Positions 11,528 to 20,996 of a DNA stretch of 34,652 bases are shown here, one piece after another. The translations under genes and the position numbers were made by a program. Source of the DNA: a virus (Duplodnaviria; Heunggongvirae; Uroviricota; Caudoviricetes); IMG/VR virus record IMGVR_UViG_3300045597_000172. One strand, 5' to 3'. How positions within the stretch are numbered: position 1 is the first letter of the stretch; every line of letters begins with the position of its first letter. The notes under the pieces were generated by a model. It did no database searches and had not been told where the DNA came from. It saw nothing but the letters and a program-made list of their open reading frames with translations.

Positions 11528-11596
11528 CTCGCAAATTGTGATGATTTTGCAACATATTGTGACGATCAACATCTTGATGTGCCAAAATACATTTTT

Positions 11597-12550
11597 TTAA
11601 TTATTTTTCTTATTATCATCCTGATAATCATCAAAAATCGAATTCAATAATTTCTCAACTTGATACGGCTCATTCAACGGCAAGCCATTCGTATCACGTC
11701 GTAACGGCTCATTTGTCAAGACCGTTGCCGACTTCAAATAATTATTAGTTGCACTCGCCGCCGAATTTGAAATTGTTTTCGCAACCATCAAGGCATTATC
11801 AGGTGTACCACGAACAATTAAATACTGACGAATCATTGAAAAATTAGTACCAACTGTATCGCGTAGAACCTGACCCTGTTTCTTAACAATTTGTCTTAAT
11901 CCGGGACTATCAATTTGTAAATTGTGTAATTGATCCAACTTGGATTGAATCTGAGTATGCACATCCTGCGTAGACGCTTGCGTTATTAAAGTCAAACCCA
12001 CCATTGACGGTAAGTTCTTATAAATTGTACGAGCATCTTTAATTACATTGTGTTGATCTTGTTCGAAAATCATTGAACTAGCATTACCAACAACATCAAA
12101 AACAATCCCGACTTCACCGCCTGTAAAGTGTAACATTCCATCTTCAGTTACACCATCTTTACTTTTAAGTCCTAGAAAATTACGTAACCGCGCACCGTCA
12201 TCTAAAAGTCCAGTTTTAACATTCCGGCCATTTGGAGACCAATATTGAAACGCAACTGGTAAATAACTCATCTTATAATTCAACGTCTTTGTACGCGTTA
12301 ATAACGACCAATAACAGCCAATAAATCCAACTGTAAACAATAACCACCCGAAAAAGCCACCATACCGAACAACGGATCTTGAAAACAAAACCGCATAAAG
12401 AAAAATAGCACCCATCAAATAAATAAATGTTGCTAATGTAATTGGCTTTTTAGCAATTGACAAACTCGTACTAGAACCCAATTGAATTTGTGAATCTAAT
12501 TGCGACTTTGCTAAACTTGTCCGAATCGCATAAGCATTTCTTACTGGCAT
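11597..12550 (-). CDS. PrgI/TcpE (VirB3-like) conjugation membrane protein with soluble C-terminal domain
   Basis: Two N-terminal TM helices followed by a soluble domain (EDGMLHF..GEVGIVFDVVG...RQYLIV), directly upstream of the VirB4-like gene. Confidence 0.6.
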   Translation of the reverse strand: MPVRNAYAIRTSLAKSQLDSQIQLGSSTSLSIAKKPITLATFIYLMGAIFLYAVLFSRSVVRYGGFFGWLLFTVGFIGCYWSLLTRTKTLNYKMSYLPVAFQYWSPNGRNVKTGLLDDGARLRNFLGLKSKDGVTEDGMLHFTGGEVGIVFDVVGNASSMIFEQDQHNVIKDARTIYKNLPSMVGLTLITQASTQDVHTQIQSKLDQLHNLQIDSPGLRQIVKKQGQVLRDTVGTNFSMIRQYLIVRGTPDNALMVAKTISNSAASATNNYLKSATVLTNEPLRRDTNGLPLNEPYQVEKLLNSIFDDYQDDNKKNN

Positions 12551-12593
12551 CTACTAAACCACCTTTCAATTTATCAAACACAAAACTTTAATT

Positions 12594-12767
12594 TTATGGT
12601 CTGCATAACTCATTTGCAAACTTCAAGATTTCTTCATCCGTACCTTTTTTCAAAACATGTTTTGGCCACGCTTGAACTTCCGGTGGTAATCGAAGAATTG
12701 ATTGTGCTAACGATTCCTTTGCAGCCTCAATATCTTTAATTGTAAAACGTACTTTATCTTCACTCAT
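12594..12767 (-). CDS. Small hypothetical protein (57 aa)
   Basis: Below the ORF-track cutoff. MSEDKVRFTIKDIEAAKESLAQSILRLPPEVQAWPKHVLKKGTDEEILKFANELCRP, with RBS AGGAGAG, filling the gap in the operon. Confidence 0.75.
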   Translation of the reverse strand: MSEDKVRFTIKDIEAAKESLAQSILRLPPEVQAWPKHVLKKGTDEEILKFANELCRP

Positions 12768-12793
12768 TAAAAAATCTCTCCTATCATGTCATG

Positions 12794-14629
12794 TTAACGA
12801 CTCGACCCTGACCAACGTCCAACTTCAATTTCAGCACTACCCTCTTTATCATTTGGCAAATCAATCGCCATTTGACCCTTAACACGCACACCAAGATCTT
12901 TTAATGACGGCCATTTGATAATGACTTCACTTATTTTAGAAACTAAATGTTCATCAATCCGTCGCCGGATTTCACGTCCACCACCATTAGTAGTTTCATT
13001 TGAACCTACATGTTCTTTAACAATGAAACGTTTAACATCTTGATCAATGTGCAATGTCACACCATGCTTTTGATAAACCAATTTTGATAAATCATGAAAC
13101 TGTGCATCACAAATCTTATTACGAGTCGATTCACCAATCGGTGCAAACGGAACAATCTGATCAAAACGTCCTAGTAATTCAGACGGAAATTGCGCTTGCT
13201 TAGATCGCAAAGCACGAGTAATCAATTTCATATAAGCTCGTAACATTTTATGTTGACGTTCACGTTCTTCAGCATCGGTACGATTAACATCTTGTACATG
13301 TCCATACATTGACTGCAAATCTTCATACACATTCGCCCCGGCATTAGTCGTAAAGATAATGTACGTATCCTTAAAACTAATTTCACGACCATGTTCATCA
13401 GTTAACCGCGCATCATCCAAAACTTGCAGCATCAACTTAGAACAAACCGATGCAGCCTTATCAATTTCATCTAACAAAATAATTGAACTCGGACGTTCCC
13501 ACACCGCCTCAGTCAAAGAGTCTTTCAACAACGTAACCGAACGTGGTTCCGAAAATTCACTCATATCAAAACGAATCATGTTAGATTCAGAACCATATAA
13601 GACTTGCGACATCGTTTTGGCCAAAGCTGTTTTACCAACACCAGTTGAACCAGTAAACAAAAAAGAACCACGCGGACGAGTACGATCATTCAAATCGGCA
13701 ACCGAAACATATAACCGTTCTGCCATTGCCTGTACCGCCAATGTTTGATCAAACACCTTAGCATTTAACTGTTCTTCAACATTATCAACATCAACTTGAT
13801 AATCAATATCCGTACCAACTGATGCCTTAATCATTTTTGCTAACAGCTTTTCATTCAACGGATCGTTAAATGTCCGATGCCAACCACCCATTGCATCCAA
13901 TAAACGTAACGATTTACGTGGCTGATGCTGACTAGGCAACGCCCGATCAGTAACTTCCACAATCCGACGCAACAAATGATCATCGACGTATTCACCCGGA
14001 AAACCAACTGCCATATAATTTTTAAGAGCTTTTAAAGTATCATCAAATGACAATTCCGGTAAAGAAATTCGTTCCAAACGTTCAGTTAAAGCTTCGTTAG
14101 GCCTAACATACTTATTGTATTCTTCGTAAGTTGTTGCCACAATAATCCGCAAACCACGCGCACCTGAATTTGCTAACACAGGCTTAATTGCTTCCATTGC
14201 GGCAGGACTAATTTCCATAATTAAATGAAATTCATCCATGAATAATACCAATTCCTTATTATGTTTCTTTTGATATTCAACAACTTCATCAACTAACTTT
14301 GTCAACCGACTACCCATTTGTAAAGTACCATCAGCACCATTATCTGAACTTGTCATCAAAGACAAACGCACTTCGTAATAATCACGGTTCGTATCACGTT
14401 CCGCCACACCATACGCCACCGTAGTCTTACCAGTTCCGGCTTCACCGACCAAGGCAACGTTTGAAATTTCAATTCGATTGAGTGTGGCCAAAACCAGATT
14501 GACAATATCTTCACGACCAACCATTTTACGTTTTCCGGGATTAACAACCGGTTGCAAATATTTATTCATCATGGGAAATTCAGACGTGGGCGTACTGGAT
14601 TGACTTACAGATTTATTTTTATCTACCAT
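12794..14629 (-). CDS. ClpB/ClpC-type double AAA+ ATPase lacking N-terminal Clp repeats
   Basis: NBD1: VGRE, LVGEAGTGKT, LFMDEFH, ATTYEEY, ALTERL. NBD2: FTGSTGVGKT, RFDMSEF, LLDEIDKA, LQVLDDARLTD, FTTN, ELLGRFD, GGREIRR. Confidence 0.93.
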   Translation of the reverse strand: MVDKNKSVSQSSTPTSEFPMMNKYLQPVVNPGKRKMVGREDIVNLVLATLNRIEISNVALVGEAGTGKTTVAYGVAERDTNRDYYEVRLSLMTSSDNGADGTLQMGSRLTKLVDEVVEYQKKHNKELVLFMDEFHLIMEISPAAMEAIKPVLANSGARGLRIIVATTYEEYNKYVRPNEALTERLERISLPELSFDDTLKALKNYMAVGFPGEYVDDHLLRRIVEVTDRALPSQHQPRKSLRLLDAMGGWHRTFNDPLNEKLLAKMIKASVGTDIDYQVDVDNVEEQLNAKVFDQTLAVQAMAERLYVSVADLNDRTRPRGSFLFTGSTGVGKTALAKTMSQVLYGSESNMIRFDMSEFSEPRSVTLLKDSLTEAVWERPSSIILLDEIDKAASVCSKLMLQVLDDARLTDEHGREISFKDTYIIFTTNAGANVYEDLQSMYGHVQDVNRTDAEERERQHKMLRAYMKLITRALRSKQAQFPSELLGRFDQIVPFAPIGESTRNKICDAQFHDLSKLVYQKHGVTLHIDQDVKRFIVKEHVGSNETTNGGGREIRRRIDEHLVSKISEVIIKWPSLKDLGVRVKGQMAIDLPNDKEGSAEIEVGRWSGSSR

Positions 14630-14647
14630 CCTACAATCTCCCCGTCA

Positions 14648-15358
14648 TTATTTGAAAAATGGTTCCTGAACCGAAGTTCCATCAGCAACATTTTCACTTT
14701 TTGCCGTTGGCTGAATTTCAACATCTTCGGATTTCGCAAAATCTTCAGCATGATATTCTGATTGATTTTTTTCAACCAATTTATCATGTTCGGCATTCAA
14801 TAAAGATCCCGCATCAAAATCAGCAGAATCTGTATTTTCAAATTCATCATTAGATTCAGAAGAATTTTCTGCTTCATTATCTTTGATAACCGCAACTGCC
14901 TTTAACCTTGGAACTTTAGGAACTTCAGGTGTCTGAGAAACGTCTTCTGAGGACAAGTTCGGATCATCTTCTGGTAGATTGTCCATCTCCGAAGTCTCAG
15001 ACCGTGTCTCTAAACTCTTTTCAGTAACCGTTTCTTCACCCGGCAAACTTGCGACGTCGTCAGAATTAGAACCTTTAATGTTTACAACTTCGTCATGCGA
15101 ACCCTTATCTTTATCTACCTTATCCAAACCAAGTGCATCACGAACTTTCTGGTCTGTAATTTCCTTTTTTTCAGGCACTTGGATTTTAGGAGCATGATAC
15201 GCAACTTCATCCGCTGCACGTTGATGATCAAAAAATCCATCAATTTTTGCTAACATTTTTTCATACTCAGTCGCTGAAAAAACTAACAAATCACCAGTTC
15301 GTAAAGCATGATCGTAACTACCATGCAAAACATTTTTAACATCATTTAATGATTCCAT
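14648..15358 (-). CDS. Hypothetical protein with acidic, probably disordered C-terminal half
   Basis: 236-aa ORF with AGAGAGG RBS, co-oriented with and 18 bp upstream of the Clp ATPase. Confidence 0.8.
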   Translation of the reverse strand: MESLNDVKNVLHGSYDHALRTGDLLVFSATEYEKMLAKIDGFFDHQRAADEVAYHAPKIQVPEKKEITDQKVRDALGLDKVDKDKGSHDEVVNIKGSNSDDVASLPGEETVTEKSLETRSETSEMDNLPEDDPNLSSEDVSQTPEVPKVPRLKAVAVIKDNEAENSSESNDEFENTDSADFDAGSLLNAEHDKLVEKNQSEYHAEDFAKSEDVEIQPTAKSENVADGTSVQEPFFK

Positions 15359-15478
15359 TAAAAAAACCTCTCTTTTTCAATTTTTGATTTTAAATCTCAT
15401 GTTTATAATAACAAATTAGAAAATAATAAGCCAGCTAAGATTGATGCAATTCAATCAATCATCCGGAAATTAGCCAAA

Positions 15479-16018
15479 TTATTTCAACCAATCTGAATAA
15501 TCAACCTCTTCTTGTGACTGTTCATCAGCTGGACTCACAACCTCATTCGCAACTAACTCAGAAGTTCTCGTACCTTTTACACCAAACTTTTGTTCAAACT
15601 TCTTTTTAGTCCGCCAATCATCTTCCGCAATAAATAAGCAACAATTTTTGTCAGTTGTTTCATTTCCATCTTCGTCAAAATAATAAGATTCAACATTCCG
15701 ACCATTAACTGCAATTCGACTAATAAAAACAAATCCAAAAACTGCAACCGTATCCGGCACACGCTTTAAAGTCGCTAACGACTTTGCCATCGATGGAAAC
15801 AACCGTTTCGCTTGCGAAAGCCCCTTATCACTCAACGTTATCAATTTGTCATCCGTTTGTTCTAAACAACCCTGCGTTACTAAACTCTTCCAAATACTAA
15901 AATCTAAATTATAATGATCTAACACGGATTGCGGAACCGGATGCTGATAAAATCGTAACGAAAGATAAAGTCCTCTTCGCAACTGTTTTTCAGTTTTTGT
16001 CATTTTACTAGTCGTCAT
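15479..16018 (-). CDS. Hypothetical protein, possible N-terminal winged-helix
   Basis: Likely start MTTSKM at 16018 after GAGGGA. WKSLVTQGCLEQTDDKLITLSDKG resembles a wHTH wing (weak). Confidence 0.7.
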   Translation of the reverse strand: MTTSKMTKTEKQLRRGLYLSLRFYQHPVPQSVLDHYNLDFSIWKSLVTQGCLEQTDDKLITLSDKGLSQAKRLFPSMAKSLATLKRVPDTVAVFGFVFISRIAVNGRNVESYYFDEDGNETTDKNCCLFIAEDDWRTKKKFEQKFGVKGTRTSELVANEVVSPADEQSQEEVDYSDWLK

Positions 16019-16029
16019 AAAAACATCCC

Positions 16030-16551
16030 TCATTTATTTAATAATTCATCACGTTTTTTCATAAATTGTGCTTCCGTTATTACGCCATCATCAAACAATT
16101 TTTTATACTTTGAAATTTCATCAGCGTCACTAACGACACTCGCATTATTTAAACCATTTGACCATTGTAATAACGCCGCATCAACATCTTTTGAAAATTG
16201 TTTTGCTTCCTTCACAAAAACATTTCTAACAAATGTATTATCCGCACCATTCGTCACGATCAAGTTGCAAAACCAAATCCCACTAGAATGCGAAATCGCA
16301 TTTACCGCTCTTAATGGAATATCTGAAATCTTCAACCCATAAACCACCCCAGCATCCATGAAAATAATTCGCCGTGGCGTTAACACTATCAAGACCGTAT
16401 TCCAACCCCCAGCAAAACCCCTAACTGCCGCTAAAGGTTCCTCATTGTCCGGCAACATGTCAGCTAACGCTCGTAACTCTTTTTTTACAAATGCAAAATC
16501 CGTATAGCCATGCCGATTCAAACACTGAACCACGCTTTTATATTTGCTCAT
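16030..16551 (-). CDS. Bacterial PH-domain protein with C-terminal SHOCT domain
   Basis: L...EEPLAAVRG...LIVLTPRRIIF...IPLRAVNAI fits the bPH domain. ADEISKYKKLFDDGVITEAQFMKKRDELL fits SHOCT. Confidence 0.88.
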   Translation of the reverse strand: MSKYKSVVQCLNRHGYTDFAFVKKELRALADMLPDNEEPLAAVRGFAGGWNTVLIVLTPRRIIFMDAGVVYGLKISDIPLRAVNAISHSSGIWFCNLIVTNGADNTFVRNVFVKEAKQFSKDVDAALLQWSNGLNNASVVSDADEISKYKKLFDDGVITEAQFMKKRDELLNK

Positions 16552-16591
16552 CTGAAAAATCCTTTCTTATCAAATCAAAATTGACTTACGA

Positions 16592-18604
16592 TTAACGTTC
16601 CATTCCACTTAACGTTTTCAAATGTCGTTCAACCAAGGTTTCTTGCTGGCGTTCATTTAAAACGTAACCATCACGTTCAATAGCGGGGTCAGGACGCGAA
16701 GTAACAGGCGTATCATCGGGTGTTTGCAACAACTTAAACTGCTTGTTCAAATCCTTTTGCGCATACTGTAACCACGCAGGATCAACCTGTCCCGTCTGCT
16801 TAAAATAATCGTGAGCCGACAATAACTTTTCAGCTCGCTGCGAAATACGTTTCCGCAACGCCAAATTAACCTCAAAATTCATAGAACCCGCATCCAGAAT
16901 CTCGTGAGCATCAACAGAAATCAAATCAGGATCATCACGCATTAATTTACGATCATAAATGGAATTCGTTTCAGGCGGAACTGGTAAAATACCATCATCC
17001 GCAGTCTTAAACTTCAAATCTTTAGTGCCTAATCCGCCCCACGAAGTTGCGTCCATTTCATAATCTTCAAGTTCTTGCAAATAATCAGCTAACCAAATTC
17101 TTTGCTGTGGACTCAAGCCATCCGGTTTAGGGTGCTGGTTACGGGTCAAGTTGGTGGCAATTAACTCACCTTCTTGGTCCGACACCGTCTTTTTAACAGC
17201 ATGGACAGTATGACTATCTAACGGATAATGTGGATCCGCTTGTGCTTTTCGTAATTCTTTATAATCCGGACTTTGCGTAACTGGTCCATCATATTGTTTA
17301 GCTAAGCCTTGCATAATATCCGGACGGGCTAAAAGACGTTGCACATAATGATCTCTTAATCCGGGAGCACCCAGTTTTGGCAATAACTCTTTACGATGCT
17401 GCAATAATACCTGACGACGATTATCAAGTTGCACTTGACGTGCTCGATAAATCGCATCAACACGCGGACGCTGATAACCCCGATATTTTTCAACAATCTG
17501 CATTTGATGTTGATACTCATAAGCCATTGCCTCTTTAACCGGTTTTGATTCCGTTACCGCTTGATTAACCGCATCGACTTGATTATAATGTTTCAACTCT
17601 TTACGAATTAACGTTGCACGTTTCATTGCTCTAATCTGACGCCGACTTCGTCTTTGTCCTTGACTTAACGTATGACTTCTAGTATCACGCCGGCCAACGT
17701 CACGCCAATCCTGCTGTATTTTTTCTTTCAAATTATCACGCTGACGTTCAGACAAAGTTCGCTGATCAAACATTTGCAAATTCATCACATATTCATCCAG
17801 TGACTGCCGATCCAAACGTAACGCACTTTGATATAATTCATGTTCCAACAATTTGCGCTTGAACTTTGCATTTTGCTGGGTGGTTTGTGCCACCGTTTTT
17901 AACATCTTAGTATTATTCAAATGCGGTCCATTTTGTAATAAATGCATTTCAATCCCGTCAATAACTGATTTTTTCAACTGCTGATTCAAAAAACCACGGT
18001 CATCCTTAACTTTCGGATCACGATCCCATAAACAAACGTGAGCATGAACCTGTTCGGTATCGATTTGAATCGCACCTACAATTTGAGGATTATGCATCGT
18101 CGTCTGATTAAGCATTGATTTCATACCATCTTGAATAGCTTCTCGTAAACGTTGCTGATCTAAATTTCCATGTAAATCTCCACGTAATACTGGCTCTTTG
18201 ACACTGTTATTCAAAACACCATGGTCTTTTAAATAACTAGTTCGAAATGAAATTACCATTTTACGAACCGTTCCGCCACGGTCATACGCACCTTGACAAT
18301 CGTCTGCTAATTTATCCTGCTCTTGACGTGATAAACTTGCATTTTCTAAATCAAAACCAATTCCAGCATAATGTAATCGATGATTCAAAATATTAACCGC
18401 GTCCTGATCTTCAGGCGAACGCAACTTTGAAAGTAACTCTAAATAATCAGCTTGCTGGTCATTCGATGTAACCAAAGGCTCTACTGCATAATCACGCAAA
18501 ATATAACCTTTGATAAATGCTTTTGTAAATTTTTTGGCTTTACCGGCCGATGTTGAACTCTTGTTAGTAAATTCGTTTCTAACAACGATGTCTGAACCAT
18601 CCAC
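16592..18604 (-). CDS. Conjugative relaxase, MobL/MobP2-like
   Basis: GTG start with GAGGTG RBS. N-terminal IVVRNEF, candidate catalytic Tyr in GYILRDYAVEP, KMVISF..YL..HG, and HUH motif GAIQIDTEQVHAHV, followed by a helical C-terminus. Confidence 0.85.
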   Translation of the reverse strand: MDGSDIVVRNEFTNKSSTSAGKAKKFTKAFIKGYILRDYAVEPLVTSNDQQADYLELLSKLRSPEDQDAVNILNHRLHYAGIGFDLENASLSRQEQDKLADDCQGAYDRGGTVRKMVISFRTSYLKDHGVLNNSVKEPVLRGDLHGNLDQQRLREAIQDGMKSMLNQTTMHNPQIVGAIQIDTEQVHAHVCLWDRDPKVKDDRGFLNQQLKKSVIDGIEMHLLQNGPHLNNTKMLKTVAQTTQQNAKFKRKLLEHELYQSALRLDRQSLDEYVMNLQMFDQRTLSERQRDNLKEKIQQDWRDVGRRDTRSHTLSQGQRRSRRQIRAMKRATLIRKELKHYNQVDAVNQAVTESKPVKEAMAYEYQHQMQIVEKYRGYQRPRVDAIYRARQVQLDNRRQVLLQHRKELLPKLGAPGLRDHYVQRLLARPDIMQGLAKQYDGPVTQSPDYKELRKAQADPHYPLDSHTVHAVKKTVSDQEGELIATNLTRNQHPKPDGLSPQQRIWLADYLQELEDYEMDATSWGGLGTKDLKFKTADDGILPVPPETNSIYDRKLMRDDPDLISVDAHEILDAGSMNFEVNLALRKRISQRAEKLLSAHDYFKQTGQVDPAWLQYAQKDLNKQFKLLQTPDDTPVTSRPDPAIERDGYVLNERQQETLVERHLKTLSGMER

Positions 18605-18625
18605 TTAAAATCACCTCACTGTTTT

Positions 18626-18985
18626 TTATAAACCTAGTGGCTGTAACGGCTCAATGACTGTTGAAAAATTAAAGTTTGTTAACCAGATCAAACCGACCAT
18701 CAATAATCCATTAAAAAAGACCAAACCTAAAATCCAACGCGTACTATACAATAATTTGATTTGTTTTTCCTGACACTTATCATTCATAAGTACCATTAAC
18801 AACTCTGGAATAAACGTTATTGTACCTAACGCTAGTCCAAAAACAAACCACCATCTTGAAACTGATAAATCAACATTGTTCAGCCAATACACCGTCGAAA
18901 CTAACAGCCAAACCGCTAAGTCAAAAGACAAAGCCTTCCATGGTGTACTTGGTAAATTCTTTAACGCAATTCTATCTAAAATCAT
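18626..18985 (-). CDS. Small membrane protein (3 TM)
   Basis: 119-aa hydrophobic ORF with AGGGGG RBS. Confidence 0.8.
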   Translation of the reverse strand: MILDRIALKNLPSTPWKALSFDLAVWLLVSTVYWLNNVDLSVSRWWFVFGLALGTITFIPELLMVLMNDKCQEKQIKLLYSTRWILGLVFFNGLLMVGLIWLTNFNFSTVIEPLQPLGL

Positions 18986-19004
18986 ACTACAATCCCCCTA
19001 ACTA

Positions 19005-19349
19005 TTAATTTGCGATTTGATAAACAACCGGACGCATTGCCAAAACTAATAACAATAACGTTACTGCCATGGTTGTCCGAAATCCTAACAACCACCAATA
19101 AAATTTGCGAATTGCAAAATAACGTTCCAATCGATGACGGATCAAATAATACATGCCCAACATCACTAACACAATTCCCATCATAAGTGCAAATTTCCAA
19201 CCATAATCAAGTGTTTTACGATTAAGTAATAATAACATCCCGCAACAAAAATCAAACAGTCCACTTGCCGTAATTAACAATTTAGTTTGAACTACTTGTT
19301 TTTGATTCATCAATGATTTTGGTTCTTTGCGTTCAGACTTTTGGTTCAT
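19005..19349 (-). CDS. Small membrane protein (3 TM)
   Basis: Start moved to ATG 19349 (MNQKSERK) after AAGGAGG. Three hydrophobic segments. Confidence 0.8.
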   Translation of the reverse strand: MNQKSERKEPKSLMNQKQVVQTKLLITASGLFDFCCGMLLLLNRKTLDYGWKFALMMGIVLVMLGMYYLIRHRLERYFAIRKFYWWLLGFRTTMAVTLLLLVLAMRPVVYQIAN

Positions 19350-19458
19350 TATAAATCCCTCCTTGAGCGTCAGTTTTAGACATACTCGTACTTTTATTAT
19401 ACCACACAATTAGGCTCATAAAACACATCGCGGCGTCGAATTTTAAACAGATAATTTC

Positions 19459-19489
19459 AAAAAAAACTTCGTAACTAAATACGAAGTTT
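19459..19489 (-). terminator. Intrinsic terminator downstream of the IS right end
   Basis: AAACTTCGTA-TTTAGT-TACGAAGTTT followed by a T run on the minus strand. Confidence 0.8.
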
Positions 19490-19661
19490 AAAACACTTAA
19501 AGGTTATTAACGGTTTTTAAAACATTTTTGATTTTTTTAACAACGTTTTTTGGTGCGTCAACATTACATGCCTGATAGATTTGCGTTAATACATACTGCG
19601 GATTGTTAGATCTTCCAATATTTTGAACTTCTACGGTACAGGCTGTTTTACCGTCAAAATA

Positions 19662-19800
19662 GTCAATTACTCGTCACTAAAGTAACAAGCTTGTAACTCA
19701 CACTAACTTAGTAGTCCAAACGTCTTAACGACTCCTACTTACGTGGTTACATCATCGGATGATTGACAGCACCCGTTTAAGCTAAAGAATATATCCTTAA
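19662..19800 (-). ncRNA. TnpB omega RNA (reRNA) scaffold; the guide would be the flank starting at 19661 (UAUUUUGACGGUAAAACAGC)
   Basis: Non-coding stretch between the tnpB stop and the right end, with an upstream GTCAA complementary to the terminal TTGAC and the subterminal hairpin. This matches established TnpB locus architecture. The 5' end is uncertain and may overlap tnpB. Confidence 0.7.
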
Positions 19801-20996
19801 CTTGTTAATTTTGTGAAACTAGTTGGTTTCTTAGTAACCCAATTAGTACCTAATGATTGAATGTTCATTGCTCCAATTCGATCATCATTACTACGATAGC
19901 CACAATGTTTACAACAATATTCATGCGTAACATGATTACGAGCATCTTTATCAATCATGCCACACTTCGGACAGCGCTGACTGGTATAATGCGCATCTAC
20001 TTTAAGCACAATGGAACCTTTCAGTTCAGCTTTATAAAGTAAGAATTGTTCCAATTGATAAAACGCCCAGCTAACTTGTTCGTAACGTCTAGTCTTAACT
20101 ACTTTTTCAGTTGCAAAACGAACATTCGTTAAATCTTCAATCGTAAATATCGTACCAGTACTGTATCTATCAACGAGTGTCTTAGAAATCTGATGATTAA
20201 TGTCACTCATCCAGCGGTTTTCTCGTTGACCAATTTTCTTTAATCTACGTTTTGCCGATTTAGTACCTTTAGCTTGCAATTGTTGACGTAACTTTTTAAA
20301 TTTACGTCTTTTACTAATAATCGCTGAACCCTTAACAAAAGAAGTTTTGCCTTTTTCATCATAACAAGTAGCCAGAAATCTTAAACCTCGATCAATTCCA
20401 ACTACATGTTTAAGATTATCCTTACTAAATTCAGAAGTCTTTACAGTACAAGCCACATGCAAAAAATAATGTCCGCACAGTTTAACTAATTTAGCAGTAC
20501 CAAGCGTGCCTGTTTTAAGGTAGTTTTCAAAACCTTTAGCCGTATAATTAATTTTTTGTCTAGTAGCTATCGTATTAATCGATAGTTGATCTTTAACGAA
20601 TGACCAATCTCTAACAGAGACCAAATCACATTGCGGACGATTAAACGAAACCGGTTTTTGTAACCAAGTTAAATCACGTTTAATCCTATAATTCGTATTT
20701 GAATCCGTGTCATGATATTTAAAAGGCTTCTTGCTTAATTGGGTATCAAGTGTTTTATATCTAGCTAAAACAGTCTTAAAAACCGATTGCGTCATTTGTG
20801 ACTTTAAACCAAACCTTTCTCTAATCAGATGATAAAGATGTGATTGTAATCCAGATTGTCTAGGTTTAAAGTTGTTTTCAAAATAATAATTAGACACCAA
20901 ATTGCAAGCAAGCTGATATTGTTTCATTGTAGTTTCAAGTACGTTAGTTTGCTCAGTAGTTGGATATAAACGTAATTTTAAGGTAACAGTTGCCAT
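19797..20996 (-). CDS. tnpB: RNA-guided endonuclease TnpB
   Basis: N-terminal KLRLYPTTEQ. RuvC-I VVGIDRG, RuvC-II FTIEDL, zinc finger TSQRCPKCG...CKHCG, RuvC-III NDDRIGAMNI. All three acidic catalytic positions are present. Confidence 0.96.
   Translation of the reverse strand: MATVTLKLRLYPTTEQTNVLETTMKQYQLACNLVSNYYFENNFKPRQSGLQSHLYHLIRERFGLKSQMTQSVFKTVLARYKTLDTQLSKKPFKYHDTDSNTNYRIKRDLTWLQKPVSFNRPQCDLVSVRDWSFVKDQLSINTIATRQKINYTAKGFENYLKTGTLGTAKLVKLCGHYFLHVACTVKTSEFSKDNLKHVVGIDRGLRFLATCYDEKGKTSFVKGSAIISKRRKFKKLRQQLQAKGTKSAKRRLKKIGQRENRWMSDINHQISKTLVDRYSTGTIFTIEDLTNVRFATEKVVKTRRYEQVSWAFYQLEQFLLYKAELKGSIVLKVDAHYTSQRCPKCGMIDKDARNHVTHEYCCKHCGYRSNDDRIGAMNIQSLGTNWVTKKPTSFTKLTS

Noticed and set aside
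15420-15478. Inverted repeats (GATTGA/TCAATC) as oriT
   Set aside because: Short AT-rich stems with no recognisable nic motif, so unsupported.
19797-20996. Cas12f/type V CRISPR effector
   Set aside because: No array or cas genes, and it is flanked by IS200/IS605 ends.
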